Of a stretch of DNA of 64,000 nucleotides, positions 27,137-44,267 are shown one piece after another. The number at the start of each line of letters is the position of its first letter. Positions within the stretch are counted from its first letter, which is position 1. Source of the stretch: Eledone cirrhosa (lineage: Eukaryota). The stretch is taken from positions 2,480,001-2,544,000 of the forward strand of contig OZ024744.1 of NCBI GenBank assembly GCA_964016885.1, in the 5' to 3' direction. The position numbers and the translations under genes were made by a program. The notes below the pieces were generated by a model. The model was not told the origin of the DNA. It searched no databases and worked only from the letters and a program-made list of their open reading frames with translations.

Positions 27137-27473
27137 AAGTGTAATGAATTCTTTTACAATGGAATTAGCTCGAAGAAGGAAATATTTCTGAGCCGTCTAT
27201 AAACTAATATATATGGTGAAACACAGATACCAACACATCTGTATTTATATTGCAAAAGAAAATTTAGCCAGAATGAAGTATACTAATTATTATACTACAG
27301 TTTCTCCATATCGATTTAAAATAATAAATCAACAAAGACGAACTGCATTGCCAAATCGATATGGACAAACTGTAGTATAATAATTAGTATACTTCATTCT
27401 GGCTAAATTTTCTTTTGCAATATAAATACAGATGTGTTGGTATCTGTGTTTCACCATATATATTAGTTTATAT
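27135..27473 (-). mobile_element. Fold-back pLTR fragment (arms about 27198-27318/27352-27473)
   Basis: About 120-bp inverted arms next to (TA)n. Confidence 0.85.
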
Positions 27474-27525
27474 ATATTGTAGGACAGAACAAAGGAGAGG
27501 CACAAAACAAAGAAAAGAATCCCCA

Positions 27526-27568
27526 GTCACTGAAGAGATCACAGAATGTGTGACGAAAGAACTTTGAC
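27526..27568 (+). ncRNA. Hammerhead motif (copies 34255-34297 + and 34062-34103 -)
   Basis: gtca CTGAAGA gatcacagaatgtgtgac GAA agaact T tgac. Confidence 0.65.
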
Positions 27569-27778
27569 AATATATAAACAACCGTCCGGTTGTAGAACCA
27601 ACGAACCAACCGGAAATTTATAAATTAAAAAATTTTTTTTAAATTTATAATAAATTGGAGTGAAAGCAACTGGTGCATGTGTTTCTTATTGGTAACATGA
27701 CCCTCCCAAAGTTTAACAATAACGGTTTCAACACACGTTTTCAGATAAAGAATCTTGCTAAACAAATTCAGAAAACGG

Positions 27779-27945
<167 letters not shown>

Positions 27946-28096
27946 ATCGGAGAAAGCTTTTTAGCGATACTCCGGCCAAATTCCATTAGGAAATAAGTGA
28001 TTATATTCCCAATTATGCGTTCGGGGTGCTAACTAAAAGTATTGCGTGGAAAATTGGCTGTATTATTTCATATGAGACATATCTAATATATCTCTT

Positions 28097-28223
28097 CCCA
28101 GACGGACGTCTCGTTTCATTATAGGATTCCTACAATTTGGGTTAAATTATACCAATTTATGTAGGAGCTTGTATACCATCAATAGATATATATTCAAGTG
28201 AGCTCCTATAATTCATCAGTGGG
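28097..28223 (-). ncRNA. Canonical hammerhead with branched stem II, in pLTR fragment 27941-28253
   Basis: Minus: ccca CTGATGA attatagga...tcctataat GAAA cgagacgtcc GTC tggg. Confidence 0.8.
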
Positions 28224-28249
28224 TGCCCCAATAATACTAATATTGATAA

Positions 28250-28303
<54 letters not shown>

Positions 28304-28774
28304 CAGTGGTCCCCAACCATTTCTGCACCTTGCTCCTCCTCAATCTAAAATATGTTTATGTCCCCCTTTATTATTAAAACAAACAGAGTCTTGTACAAGT
28401 GTTTTACTCTAATATAAAGTAGAAACCCTTTATTTAAACAAAGCTACGATGCAGCGATGATCAAAATAATCTCCAAAATATAAACAAACTGCCAGATACA
28501 CGATACAATTTTGCGGGTGTGCAGTTGGTTTGGTCCTGGTTGTTGGTATTTCACTGCTATTTCTACCATTTTATTATTTTAGTTGCTCATTCGACTAAGT
28601 CCATGCTGGGGCAACACATCCAATATATTTTCTTGTTAATATCGGCCCCACTACATTAAAGGATTTCTACTTTATATTAGTTTTACAAGTCTCAGTTTGT
28701 GTTTATATTAAACGGGAACATAAAGATATTTTAGATTGAGGAGGGGCATGGTGCAGAAATGGTTGGGAACCACT

Positions 28775-28775
<1 letters not shown>
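28304..28775. mobile_element. hAT-like MITE
   Basis: TIRs CAGTGGTCCCCAACC / GGTTGGGAACCACTG with about 90-bp subterminal inverted repeats; longer copy 34518-35329, partial copies 30467-30787 and 33453-33660. Confidence 0.7.
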
Positions 28776-28867
<92 letters not shown>

Positions 28868-29010
28868 AACGAGTAGGACCCCGACGGCTGAGCTCAAGCC
28901 GTTTCGACGGCTAACAGAATTATTACCCACTCTACTACCCTAAGTATTGAGTACTTTGGAGCGTTATGGTCCACCTGGTTCCTTACCACATTTCCTTCGT
29001 TATATATATG

Positions 29011-29045
<35 letters not shown>

Positions 29046-29107
29046 GCAGGCACAGAGAGAGAGAGAGAGAGAGAGAGCACCCATACACACACACATGTGC
29101 GTGTCCT

Positions 29108-29159
<52 letters not shown>

Positions 29160-29233
29160 AACACACATATATATATATAACATCCAAACACACACACACG
29201 CATATATGTACATACACGCACATATATGTAACA

Positions 29234-29311
<78 letters not shown>

Positions 29312-29523
29312 CACGTACGCAGACACACACACAATTATATATATACAGGGATAAATTTGAAGCAGAAAAGGTTGGGGACCACTTAAGACTTTTATTTTTA
29401 TTACAATTGAATTCAAATCTCGCCAAGGTTAACTTTGCCTTTCATCCTTACGGGGTCGATAAAATAATGTACCAGTAATACACTGTAATAATTGCTGGCC
29501 TTGTGCGAAAAGTAGAAACAATT

Positions 29524-29582
<59 letters not shown>

Positions 29583-29858
29583 CGCTCATATATTCACCTA
29601 GCTTATGCTAAACAGAATAATTATGAAGCTTGTTTCATTCCCTACGGTTAGCTATACTCTTTGTTGTCCTCCTGTCTCACTCGCTTTACGCGTTTTAATT
29701 GTCCTAATAACTTATTTTAGTTATTATTGCACCGACGTGAGGTATATGATTTTTAATGCAATGAAATATCTATGATCGTCGGCAAATCACTGATGAGGGA
29801 CTCATTTTATTACATGTTATCCATGCGCTACCTGCAGTATTTTTCTCCCTATTTTTCT

Positions 29859-29930
<72 letters not shown>

Positions 29931-30126
29931 CCTTCTTTTTGTTTTTATCGCTGCTATTTCTAAAGTGTCCATACATGCTAGAAATAGCAGTCAAATACCA
30001 ACATCCAGGACCAAACCAATTGCACACCCGCAAAATTTTCGTCTCGGTCTTTGCGATTAAGTAAGACAAGAGTTATCTTTCTTGGCAAAAACATTCTGGT
30101 TTGTTTACATTAAATTTTCTATTGTT

Positions 30127-30314
30127 AAGGGCGGTGGATTGGCAGTATCGGTAGAGGGTCGGACGCCATGCTTTCCAGCATGGTTACGTCCCTTTACGAT
30201 CTGAGTTCAAATCCCGCCGAGGTTGACTTTGCCTTTCATCCTTACGGGGTCGATAAAATAAAGTACCAGTAATGCACTGGGTAATTGCTGGCCTTGTGCC
30301 TAAAGTAGAAACAA
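30127..30314 (+). mobile_element. Nin-domain tRNA-derived SINE (family 2) with TSD
   Basis: gcctttcatccttacggggtcgataaaataaagtaccag core; TSD ttaaattttctattgtt at 30110-30126 and 30315-30331. Confidence 0.88.
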
Positions 30315-30790
30315 TTAAATTTTCTATTGTTTAAAATATTTTCACTGATTTTAAGCCAAAGTTTTTTAATGGCTGCCACTTCCGGGTTGTGTTGTGCCTC
30401 TACAGGACAGCAGTAAACCTGCTAGAAATAGCAGTCATAGCAACACACTCACATATATTTATATATCAGGGATTCCCAACGAGGTGTGCACACCCCACTG
30501 GGGTTAATTTGAATATAATAGGGGTTAATTTGAAAGTGATATAATACGACCCAACTTCCAGTTACACTTCGTCTACACTTGTTATCATGTATCTGGCAGC
30601 TCCTACGAGAAGTTTGTTTATATTTTGGAGTTTATTTTGATCATCGCTGCATCGTAGCTTTCTTTAATTAAAGGGTTTCTACTTTATATTACAGTAATAA
30701 CACGTTTACAAGACTCGGATTGTTTTAATAATAAAGAGGGACATAAACATATTTTAGATTGTGGAGGGGCATGGTGCCGGACCACTGATA

Positions 30791-30874
<84 letters not shown>

Positions 30875-30877
<3 letters not shown>

Positions 30878-32805
30878 TGGGTGTAACTAGGAGTTACTGC
30901 AGGTTCACCCGGGTGAGCACTCGATGTTTAGGTCCACTTCTGTGATGATGTGTAGAGCTATAGAGTGTAAAATATAGAAAGGATAAAAAGGACGATTGAT
31001 TATTCCTTCATTGCATTTATTGATAGGTGACGCGCGTTTCGCCACTGATCAGCTCAAGGTTCGATCTATATCGATCCTACCCGACTCAATAATCGGCAGC
31101 TCGACGGACCCTCTTAAAATGCTATAAGAAAATGAAATACATGCTATGTGGTAAAGTCAGAGTTTCAAGAGTTTGACAAAAGGAGATGTTTTGATTGGTG
31201 ATAAGGATCAAGGCGATGTACTGGCCTGTAGTGTATAACGGGGTGGGTGTGATGGTGAGATGTTGGTGTCGGTCTGTGTATGAGGTGGGCTGTGGTGTAG
31301 TGTTGGTGGGTTGGCCTTGGCGTGTAGAGTATGTGGGGGTGGATGTGATGATATGGTGGTGGTTAAGGTTATTTAGTGGGATGGGCTGTGGTATGAGGTT
31401 AGTGGATTGTCAGTAGACGGGTTGGCGTGTGGATGGGGGTGTGGTAGTGGTGCCTTTGTCTATGGTAGCGGCGTTTGTGGTGGTGTGGTGGATGTATTGG
31501 TGGCGTCAGGTCCTTACATAGATACATAGTTAGACGCTCTTCGTCTGACAGATACCTTGTATATACGTATACGTACACACATATATGTATATATGTGCAC
31601 ATATATTGTTGTATAAACACACACAACGTAAAACACATACGCACATCCTTGCCCACACATATCGGCTTACGCTCACACACAGCCATATGTATATGTACAC
31701 ACATGTATGTGCATGCGCGCATGCGGACACGAATATGAAGAGTGGGGGAGTATCGGTGGGGGTGGCGAACGACAGAGATGGGGGGAAGGTGAGAGGCGAT
31801 GTAGAAGGTGTTTTACATATATACATACACATATATACACATGGGTATGGGCACATGGACTCACTCATGTATGCAAGATATATACATACACACTCGCACA
31901 CACGTATACTCACACATATATATATACGTATATATATATATATATACACAGACATGTACCGACAACACACACATACACGCACATATACACATGCATGAGC
32001 TCACCTATACATACAGTCAGATTTACCCATATACATATATGCAGACGTACACATACACACACATACATACACATACATATATACACACACATACACATAT
32101 GCATACACATACACACATATATATATATACAGATATATATATACACACACATAGACATATGCATACACATGTGTTCACATACACACACACACACACACAC
32201 ACATAGAGATAAATTTGCGTACACGCACGCACACTCAAAACGCCCATATGAGTAAAATACTTACAAACAGACACACACACTATTGTTGGTTGGGGAGTGG
32301 AGATATGTTTTGTCGGTGTTGATGAAGTATGGAGTTGTGTTTTGTGGTGGTGGTGGTGGTGGAGTTGTGAGGGACAAAAATATATATACCGGATCGAATA
32401 CCGGTTAAAAGGTGACATATGGAACGCGGAGGGAAAAGCGTTTATGGACGTACGGCGATGTGTGTTGTGGACATGGTGATGGTGGTAGTGCTGGGGTGAT
32501 ATGTTCGGCAAGATGATTACATGATCAGAGGTTACGGTGTGTTATAGGGTAGGCAGACGGGGGTGGGGGGTATATAATACAGTCGATTTGGGAGCGAGGG
32601 ATGATATGTGTTGAGATGTAATGATAATGATTGTTGAAGTATGTGGATGTATTTAGTGGTGGCGGTGGTTGTGTGTGCGTGCGAGAGTACAGTTACAGGG
32701 TCGAATTTAGCGTGGGGTTGCAGGTTAGGGTAGATAGAGGGAACATGGGGGGATGAGGTTGTAGGCGTGTATGGTATGCACATGACGATGTGTGGTGTGG
32801 TAGTG

Positions 32806-32808
<3 letters not shown>
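30875..32808 (-). mobile_element. PLE pLTR plus long CA-rich 3' UTR (no ORF retained)
   Basis: Hammerhead-like motif 31025-31111 (minus: gggt CCGTCGA gctgc...gtggc GAAA cgcgcg TC acct); bounded by (TA)n on both sides. Confidence 0.6.
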
Positions 32809-32859
<51 letters not shown>

Positions 32860-33346
32860 ATATAAATAAATGGAGACTATATTTATAAAACCATAATTAT
32901 ATTATGCATATTTCAAGGGTAAATTATGGTGCGCTTTCATCAGATAAACCTGCTAGAAATAGCAGTTATAGCAACACATTCACATATATTTATATATCAG
33001 GGATGCCCAACATGGAGTACACGCCCCGTTGGGGTTAATTTAAATATAAGAGGGGCCAATTTTAAAGTGATATAATACGACCCAACTTCCAGTTACGCTT
33101 CGTCTACACATGTTATCGTGTATCTGGCAGCACCTACGAGAAGTTTGTTTATATTTTGGGGTTTGTTTTTATATTAAAGAGGAACATAAACATATTTTAG
33201 ATTGAAGAGGGGCATGGTGCAGAAAGGACACACACGTATATATATATATTTATGGATATGTGCATGTTTGTGTGTATATATATATACACGCGCACACACA
33301 CGCATATATATATAATATATCTATATATATGTTATGTATATATATG

Positions 33347-33432
<86 letters not shown>

Positions 33433-33877
33433 ACCATATATATATATACATATCAGTTGTTCCCAGCCTTTTCTGCACCATGCCCCTCCTCAATCTAAAA
33501 TATGTTTATGTTCCCCTTTAATATAAAAACAATCCGAGTCTTGTAAAATTAATATCAAGTAGAAATCCTTTAATATACTGGGGCCGATATTAACAAGATA
33601 AAATATTGGATGTGTTGCCCCAGCATGGCCTTCGTCAATTGAGCAACTAAAGCAATAACTAAAAAAAAACAACTTAAAAATGATTTTAACGTCTCAAAAT
33701 CCGAGTTAAAAATTGAACTCACGACCACATATTATCTAAACATCGGAAAAAATGTATATAAATATGAGTATATATAATTATATATATATATATTATATAT
33801 AGCAGCTAATCTCACACACGTCACACATATATATAGATGTCTGTGTGTGCGTGTGTGTTTGGGTGCTCTCTCTCCCA

Positions 33878-33909
<32 letters not shown>

Positions 33910-33911
<2 letters not shown>

Positions 33912-34497
33912 TGTTATACTTTGGGAAAGTCATGTTGCCAATAAGAAACACATGCACCAGTTACTTTCACTCCAATGTATTATAAATTTTTAAAAAAATT
34001 TTCAAAAAATTTATAAATTTCCGGTTGGTTGGTTCCACAACCGGACGGTTGTTCATATATTGTCAAATTTCTTTCGTCACACATTCTTTGACCTCTTCAG
34101 TGATAAAAATAAAAACACACACTTTGATAAAAATAAAAACATACACAGACACCCGGATGTAACACATGCGCAAACTAAGTCCACAACACACACAAAAACA
34201 AGATGGCGTAGGACCGATCAAAGGAGAGGCACAAAACAAAAAAAATAATCCCCAGTCACCGAAGAGGTCACAGAATGTGTGACGAAAGAACTTTGACAAT
34301 ATATGAACAACTGTTCGGTTGTGGAACCAACCAACCAACCGGAATTTTATAATTTTTAAAATTTATAATAAATTGAAGTGAAACAACTGGTGCGTGTGTT
34401 TCTTATTGGCAACATGACCCTCCCAAAGTATAACAATATCGGTTTCAACACACGTTCTCAGATAAATAATCTTGCGAAACAAAATCCGAAACGAAAT
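33910..34497 (+). mobile_element. Fold-back pLTR fragment (arms about 33910-34103/34256-34438)
   Basis: Diverged inverted arms, each with a hammerhead; direct part matches 27479-27783. Confidence 0.85.
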
Positions 34498-35411
34498 ATA
34501 TATATATATATACATATCAGTGGTCACCAATCATTTCTGCACCATGCCCCTCCCCAATCTAAAATATGTCTATGTCCCCCTTTAATATTAAAACAAACAG
34601 TGTCTTGTAAAGGTGTTATTACTGTAATATAAAGTAGAAACCCTTTATTTAAACAAAGCTACGATGAAACGATGATCAAAACAAACTCCAAAATATAAAC
34701 AAACTTCCAGATACACGATAACATGTGTAGACGAAGTGTAACTGTTAGTTGGGCCGTATTATATCACTTTCATATTGACCCCTATTATATTCAAATTAAC
34801 CCCAGTGGTGCGTGTACCCCTCGTTGGGAATCCCTGATATATAAATATATGTGTTGTTGTGGCTGCTATTTCTAGCAGGTTTACTGCTGTCCTGTAGAGG
34901 CACAACACAAACCGGAAGTGGCAGCCATTAAAAAACTTTGGCTTAAAATCAGTGAAAATATTTTAAACAATAGAAAATTTAATGTAAACAAACCAGGGCG
35001 TTTTTGCCAAGAAAGATAACTTAATCAAGAAAAATTACTTAATCGCAAAAATCGAGACAACAATTTTGCGGTGTGCAGTTGATTTGGTCCTGGTTGTTGG
35101 TATTTGACTGCTATTTTTAGCATTTTATTATTTTAGTTGCTTATTCGACTAAGTCCATGCTGGGGCAACACATCCAATATATTTTCTTGTTAATACCGGC
35201 CCCAGTACATTAAAGGATTTCTACTTTATATTAGTTTTACAAGTCTCAGTTTGTGTTTATATTAAACGGGAACATAAAGATATTTTAGATTGAGGAGGGG
35301 CATGGTGCAGAAAAGGTTGGGAACCACTGATATATCTATATATATATACATAGAGAGAGAGAGAGCACCCAAACACACACACATGTATATACACATGTGC
35401 GTGTCCTACTT

Positions 35412-35443
<32 letters not shown>

Positions 35444-35881
35444 AACACACATATGTATATATAATATCCAAACACACACACGCGCATATATGTACACACA
35501 CGCACATATATGTAATATAGGAGTGTGTGTGTGTGTATGTATGCACGTACGCACACACACACACAATTATATATAGATCGGGGATATACGCCCCACAGGG
35601 AGCAATTTGTATATAATAGGGGCCAATTTGAAGAGGAAAAAGTTGGGGACCACTGAAGACAACAAATCGTTATTTTTATTTTATTACAATTGAGTTCAAA
35701 TCGCGCCAAGGTTAACTTTGCCTTTCATCCTTACGGCGTCGATAAAATAAAGTACCAGTAATACACTAGGTAATTGTTGGCCTTGTGCCAAAAGTAGAAA
35801 CAGTTATTATTATCATATATATATATCCACACACACACACACACATATATATATGTATTTAATTGTGTGTGTTTCAACAAT

Positions 35882-35915
<34 letters not shown>

Positions 35916-36423
35916 TTGTGTGTGTGTGTGTGTTGTTTCCTTGAGCAAGACACTTTATTTCACATTGCTCCAGTTTTATCACCTGTAAAAATGAGATGAT
36001 AGGGACTGGGGTCCCTATCATTCCACTGCAAAGTGGTCGTGGAGGTGCCACGGCAAAAAAGCACCCAGCACTCACTGTAAATGAGGTTGGTGTTAGGAAG
36101 GGCATCCAGCTGTAGAAATCAAGCCAGAATCAGTTCCCGTCCTACCCTTGCAAGCAGGGAAAAGCGGACGTAAAATGATGATGATGATGATGATGATATG
36201 TGTGTGTGTGTCCTTCTTTCTGTTTTTCAGTGTTCCCCAATATTTTCTGCTTCAAATTAAGCCCTATTATATACAAATTGCTCCCTGTGGGGCGTATATC
36301 CTTGATATATATATAATTGTGTGTGTATGTGTACCTGCATTCACAAACACCTATTTTACATTTATGTGGGTGTGTACATATATTTGTGTGTTTGGATGTT
36401 ATATATACGTATGTGTGTGTGTA

Positions 36424-36458
<35 letters not shown>

Positions 36459-36532
36459 GTTTGTCTGTGTGTGTGGGTCCTGCTTTCTGTTTTTCGCTGA
36501 TATCTCTCTTTCTCTCTCTATATATATATATG

Positions 36533-37700
<1,168 letters not shown>

Positions 37701-37779
37701 AACACACAAATATACAGACACACTCTGGACGGAAGTATGTAAAATGTGAAGCTTGAAAAATACTTATCTTATACTTATC

Positions 37780-38378
<599 letters not shown>

Positions 38379-39459
38379 CTCAATCAAACAAGAAATATAC
38401 TGCCATATATCGAAGATTACCACAATAACTAGGGAGCGGAGGACAAGACATACCAGACATTCCTACCGAAGAATGGATGACCAGATGAGCTGGCTCCTGT
38501 GATGGATACCTAAATATAGTAAGACCCTAGTGGGATGACTGAAAATGACCTACATAGATCAGATGTCTAGGGATGTTCAGCTGGGGATTAATCATCTCAA
38601 GAATGCCACGAAATAATCATATATATTAATGAACATTTATTATGGTGAAATATGTTGGAAATTATTCTCAGGTTTTGTATTTTAATCCACAAATACATCC
38701 TGTAGAAAGTTCTACTTCATATTATTTGTCATTAAGGTTTCTTATAGAGACACAATCTTATTTTATTGGGTGGTGGATTGGCAGAATCTGTAGAGCGTCA
38801 GACAACATTCTTTGTGTCATATAGTTACAGCCCTTTATGTTCTGGGTTTAAAAAAGTACCAGTAATGCACGGGGATCGATTTAATTGGCATTCCTCTTTC
38901 TCTTCCAATTTCTGGGGTTGATTTAAAAGTAGAAGCATTTATTTAAAGTTTATAAAACAATGGATGGAATGCTTTCTGCCATATTTGTTCTGGTTCTCTG
39001 CTCTCTGAGTTTAAATTCTGCTGAGGTCAACTTTGCCTTTCATCCATTCAAGGTTGATAACAAAAAAGAACCAGTCTACCACAGGGTCTGTTCTTCCTCT
39101 CTATATTTCTTTCTAACTTTAATATTTGTTAATGGTACTTTCATGACAGTTGAAATTATGACTTTTTTTTAGAAATAATTCACATTTAAAAATACTTTAC
39201 AATTTTCTTCTCTTGCCAAACAAAGGTTTGGTAGGACCCTTCATTTCTGTCAAAGGCATAACAACCTCTTTAGTACTGGTGCCACAATAAAATACACTCA
39301 GTAGAATGTGGGACCATATGTAAGAGAGATGTGGTCTCCCACTGCACCCTGGTTTGTAAAGACCTGTCCCACCCTTGCTAGCAGAGAATGTAGACATTAA
39401 ATGATGATCTATGATGTCATTGGTGCCAAGCTGTTTCAGCTATTTCCTTGGACAACATT

Positions 39460-39995
39460 ATATATAATGTGTATGTAGTATATATATATAGTTTATTCAT
39501 TGTCTATATGTAGCATATACTCTATATATGCAGTATATATATATAGTGTATATATTGTGTATATGTAGCACATACACGATATACATAGTATTTATATATA
39601 TATATAGTGTATATATTGTGTAAATGTAACACATACACTATATACATATTATTTATATGTATATATATAGTGTATACATTGTGTATATGTAGCACGTAGA
39701 CTATATACAAAGTATTTATATGTATATATATAGTGTATATTTTGTGTAAATGTAACACATACACTATATACATAGTATTTATATATATATAGTGTATATT
39801 TTGTGTATATGTAGCACATGCACTAAATACATAGTATTTATATGTATATATATATAGTGTATATTTTGTGTATATGTAGCAAGTACACTATATACATATT
39901 TATATGTATATATATAGTGTATATTTTTGTGTATATGTAACACATACACTATATTCATATGTATATATATATATATATATATATATTGTGTATAT
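39460..39995. repeat. AT-rich minisatellite, about 60-bp unit
   Basis: Repeats of tatatatagtgtatatattgtgtatatgtagcacatacactatatacatagtattta. Confidence 0.85.
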
Positions 39996-41229
39996 TTTGT
40001 GTATCATCATTACATCTACTTTTCCATGCTTGCATGGGTTGGACGGGTCCTTCTTAGCACGATATCTCTCCACTAGATGCATTCCTTAATCATCTCTTCC
40101 AGTCTTCACGATTTGAGTTAAGCTCTCACAACATTTGCCCCTGACTTTCTTGGTCATCCTCTACAGCAGCTTCCTTCCACTAGGATATTCTCAGCTAGTC
40201 CAAGTTGTGCATTTCTCTTACATATATGTTGCAGATCCAACAAAACATGGTTGCTTTATTTTTCTCCAGTCTAATCGCATCATCTGCAGTCGCAGCCCAT
40301 GTTTCTCTACCATGCAGTATTGTGCACTTCACACAGTCTTTATATACTCTTCCTTTTGTGGGAGAAACCTTATGTTATCAGCAGTAATAGTTCACTAAAC
40401 TTCCATCCTATCCTTATTCAAGCCATCATACTCTTGGCACACCGTCCTCTGCTGCTGAATAGGTCACCTAGATAGCAGAAGCTACCAACCACATCTATAG
40501 ATCCTTCCTGTGACTGGAAACGGTTTATAACAGTAGCACTCTTCCTCTCAATTTCTGCTGTGCTGCCTCACCAACCACTTTCACTCTGTCCCCACACTGC
40601 TGATTTCCTTCTCAAAATTAGAAAGACAACAGCCCACTTGAGGAAGGAGTCCCATGAGGTGGAGTGGATGTTGCAGTGGGTGTCTCTGGCTATTCTTTGT
40701 GGTAACACCGTTGTCGTTTTGTCTGTAGGGTGGGGCTGAATCACAGCTCAGACTGGAATATAGTGTCTGTCCCACCCCTCCCCCATTGTTTTCGTTGCTT
40801 GATTCGTTTTCGTTTTCCTCTTTTTCATTTCGATTTCTTAAATATTTTATTACCTTTAATAATGTATTTTGGTTTAATATGAACAGTTATATAAAATTCT
40901 GAATGACATTTACACAAATCTGAATAAAGAACTAGCATATTCATTGAACGTGTGAATTAATATACCTGAAGTTGTTTCTGAATGTATTAAATTATGTAGG
41001 GGACTTTTAATTCATGTCACCATCCGGAGAAGGAAACAATGTCAACGACACCACGTACCTGCCATCTTAATTATAATTTAATTAATCTAATTATATTTTA
41101 TGTAGTAATTATCTCATGTTAAAGTGAAAGTTAATATTTTGTAGATAACATAGGGTGAGTTACATGTTTCAAGGCAGCTGATCCTACATGTGTCAAGGTA
41201 GGTGTTGCTACATGATTAAATATTTCGTT

Positions 41230-41510
41230 TCATGTGAGAAATCTTTTACAGATAGTTTGGTACTTAATAAACATATATATCTTCAGACTGGAGGAAAGAA
41301 ACTTCCAGTGTGAAACATGTTGGACATCTTTTATTCAGAATTCTACTCATGTTGGCCACATATTCAGACTGCAGAAAAAGGACCTGTGAAATATGTGGGA
41401 AATATTTTGTGACTAACAATAATTTAGAAACACACACTGGTGATAAAACTATTTAACTGTGAACCCTGAGATACCCTTCCTTTTACCAGTCTAAACTGAT
41501 TGTCCACCAA
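41230..41510 (+). pseudogene. Highly degenerate C2H2 zinc-finger remnant
   Basis: tgtgaaacatgt, tgtgaaatatgtgggaaatatttt and cacactggtgataaa remnants; flanks paralogous to the 45.6-47.2 kb locus. Confidence 0.65.
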
Positions 41511-43397
41511 CATCAAAAGTGTAACCATAACACTTCTACAGACTCTATTTCTTAAATATGTTTTTAACTGGAATCAAAATCCTTTCCATGTCTAAATTTT
41601 GTCTTCCTAGATTCATTTTTAATGATATAATTGCAAAATTCTTTTTTTCTTTTTTTTATTTGTTTGTAACACCCAAAATTCCCTGTTGTGGTGTGTAATT
41701 GAGGGACCCTCTATCATCTGGGGTAATGATGTGTCTTGTCTCAGATATGTTAGAGGTCAACACCAACATTCCCTGTTGTAATATGTAATTGAAGGACTCT
41801 CTATCATCTGAGGTAATGCTGTGTCTTGTCTCAGAAATACTAGAGGTCAACACCAACATTCCCTCTTGTGATGTGTGATTGATGCAATATATATGTCTTT
41901 TCCTGGTTTTAATCTTTCTTTTTTGCATTTATCAGTTTTTCATAATATATTAAATAAATTATATTTATCCCCTGAAATTCAATCTATTTTTGTTAAGTAA
42001 AGAGTTACATTTGAGGAATTTGTCCAGTCTGTGATTCCGTACTTTTGTTATTTTCCCATCTAAATATCTGTTATGAACACCATATGTAACGATTTCTTGA
42101 AAGTAGTTAGAACAAATCAAACACAAACACTTCATTGGTATTTGAAATGTTTAAAATTCTATTGGACGTTGATGTTTTTAAAACTTGTGAGGCCCCAGAG
42201 GTTTTAATGGCTACTTCAACACATCTCCCTCACTATCTTCCAGGTTAACCCTTTCTCTATTCTGTCCTTAGCCAGGAGCATGAGGCAACTGGTACCTGGG
42301 TTTCTGCAGGCGAGAGAGAATTTTGAAACACTGTCTTGGCTGGTATCATTGGGGTAGTGATAGTATAGGTAACTGAGTATTGTTAGACACAGCAAATAAT
42401 GGTATTTGATGTAGGCACAGGCCCAATAATATTGGGGGTGGGGAAAGTTAAATCAACCTCAGTGCATTACTGGTACTTTATTTTATCAAACATGTATGGA
42501 TGAAAGGGAAAGCTACCCTCCACAAGATTTGAACTCAGAATGTAACAGGACATAACTATATGATGCAAAGCTTGTTGTCTGACGCTCTACCGATTACAGC
42601 CAATTTATTGCACTAGTTACACTAAATAAAAGTGTTTTGAGAAATTTGAAACAACAAACTTGTTAAATCTCTATTTATTTGTAAATTAGGCTCAAGACCA
42701 GCAATTTTGGGGGAAGGGCAAAGTTTATTAAATAAACCGTAGTACATATAATATATTTTATCCAGCCTAGAAGAATAAAATATAAAATTTACCTCAGTGG
42801 GATTTGAACTCAGAATATTAAAAACCAGGACAAATACTGCAATGGTAGGTTATCTGACACTCTACCAATTCTGTCATTCTACCATCTTTGTTTAAATCTA
42901 TATTAAAGTAAATGTAGAATATATTTGTCCTTCTACCGTTTGAAATTCTACTGAAATCATCTCAGAACAACACAGTAGTGTTTCAATAGAGCTGTTATTT
43001 ATTAAATCATTTATATAAACCATCCGTATCCGGCCAGAATTCTCTTACATTTTCTGTTCTAACTGGTCCTAACAAGCCGCTCATGCTGATGTTAAGGTAT
43101 TGTTCCCAAAATAAATAATATCAAAATCTCATAGATTCAATATTTTGTGAGATAATTATGTTTACTGCGAAAATATAATAGTAAATATAGAGTAACGTTA
43201 ATGATAAAGGGTTAACTAAACATAGAAGAAAACCAGACGTTACTGGATATTAATTCAGTGATTAGTGCTAAGGGAGACAACACCGTCTGGCTTAAATTAA
43301 GTCCCAGGTTAGTATGAGCAAGTAAACTTATAATTGAAGGTTCTCCTGTCGTGACAATAAACTATAATGGCATATATATGTGCGTGGGTGTGTATAT

Positions 43398-44135
43398 ATA
43401 TCAACTAGAAATAGATTGACATATATATATATAAAATAAATACATGAAACAATCACAGAGAATAATTTGTAAAGAATGTAGGCACACATAGCTAGGTAGG
43501 TAACTAATTAAAGTTTGACTAGAACTTCAAATATACCTTTTAAAATGATTAATCCCCTTTGTATATATTTCTTTAAGTAAGAAATATATTTCACCAATTA
43601 ATCCGTAAATCACAGCAGTTAAATTCTTGGATGTTCACCAAAGGAGAAGAAAATAACCATCTGTGTTTACACACCAAATGCAAATCTGTGAATGATTCGA
43701 ACCACATGTTGTATTTTTAAAAAAATACACTCGTTGTACGTCATCCCAGTGGCGTGAATAGGACCATCGACAGTCAGAAATAGCAGCCGAGCCTATTCAA
43801 CTGAATTAGCTCAACAATCAAGAGGGCCGTATATATATCCAAAATTAAGGGTTGTCATGTCTGCGAGACATGCGCCATATCCACTGTAGAATAAGCTCAA
43901 AGATTCCAATGAATAGATCCGAGCATTACATATCAACTAGAAATCGATTGACATATATATATATAAAATAAATACATGAAACAATCTCAGGGAATAATTT
44001 GTAAAGAATGTAAGCACACATAGCTAGGTAGGTAACTAATTAAAGTTTGACTAGAACTTCAAATATAAATTACTTTTTAAATGATGGATATGGCGCATGT
44101 CTCTCAGACATGACAACCCTTAATTTTAATTTGGG
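43398..44135 (-). mobile_element. pLTR-like fragment with tandem and inverted copies
   Basis: Direct repeat 43398-43535/43930-44067; inverted repeat 43841-43883/44085-44127; TA-flanked. Confidence 0.6.
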
Positions 44136-44267
44136 ATATATATATATATATATATATTAGTAATAAACGGAAGATATATACTTTATATCATCTCTATTTA
44201 TTTCATTATATATATTTCGGAGATGCAAAGTTTTATGTATAACATATGGAGGCACATGGCTTAGTGG

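Noticed and set aside
29600-29850. Possible hammerhead (CTGATGA at about 29790; GAAAC on the minus strand at about 29635)
   Set aside because: The halves are on opposite strands and no complete fold could be built.
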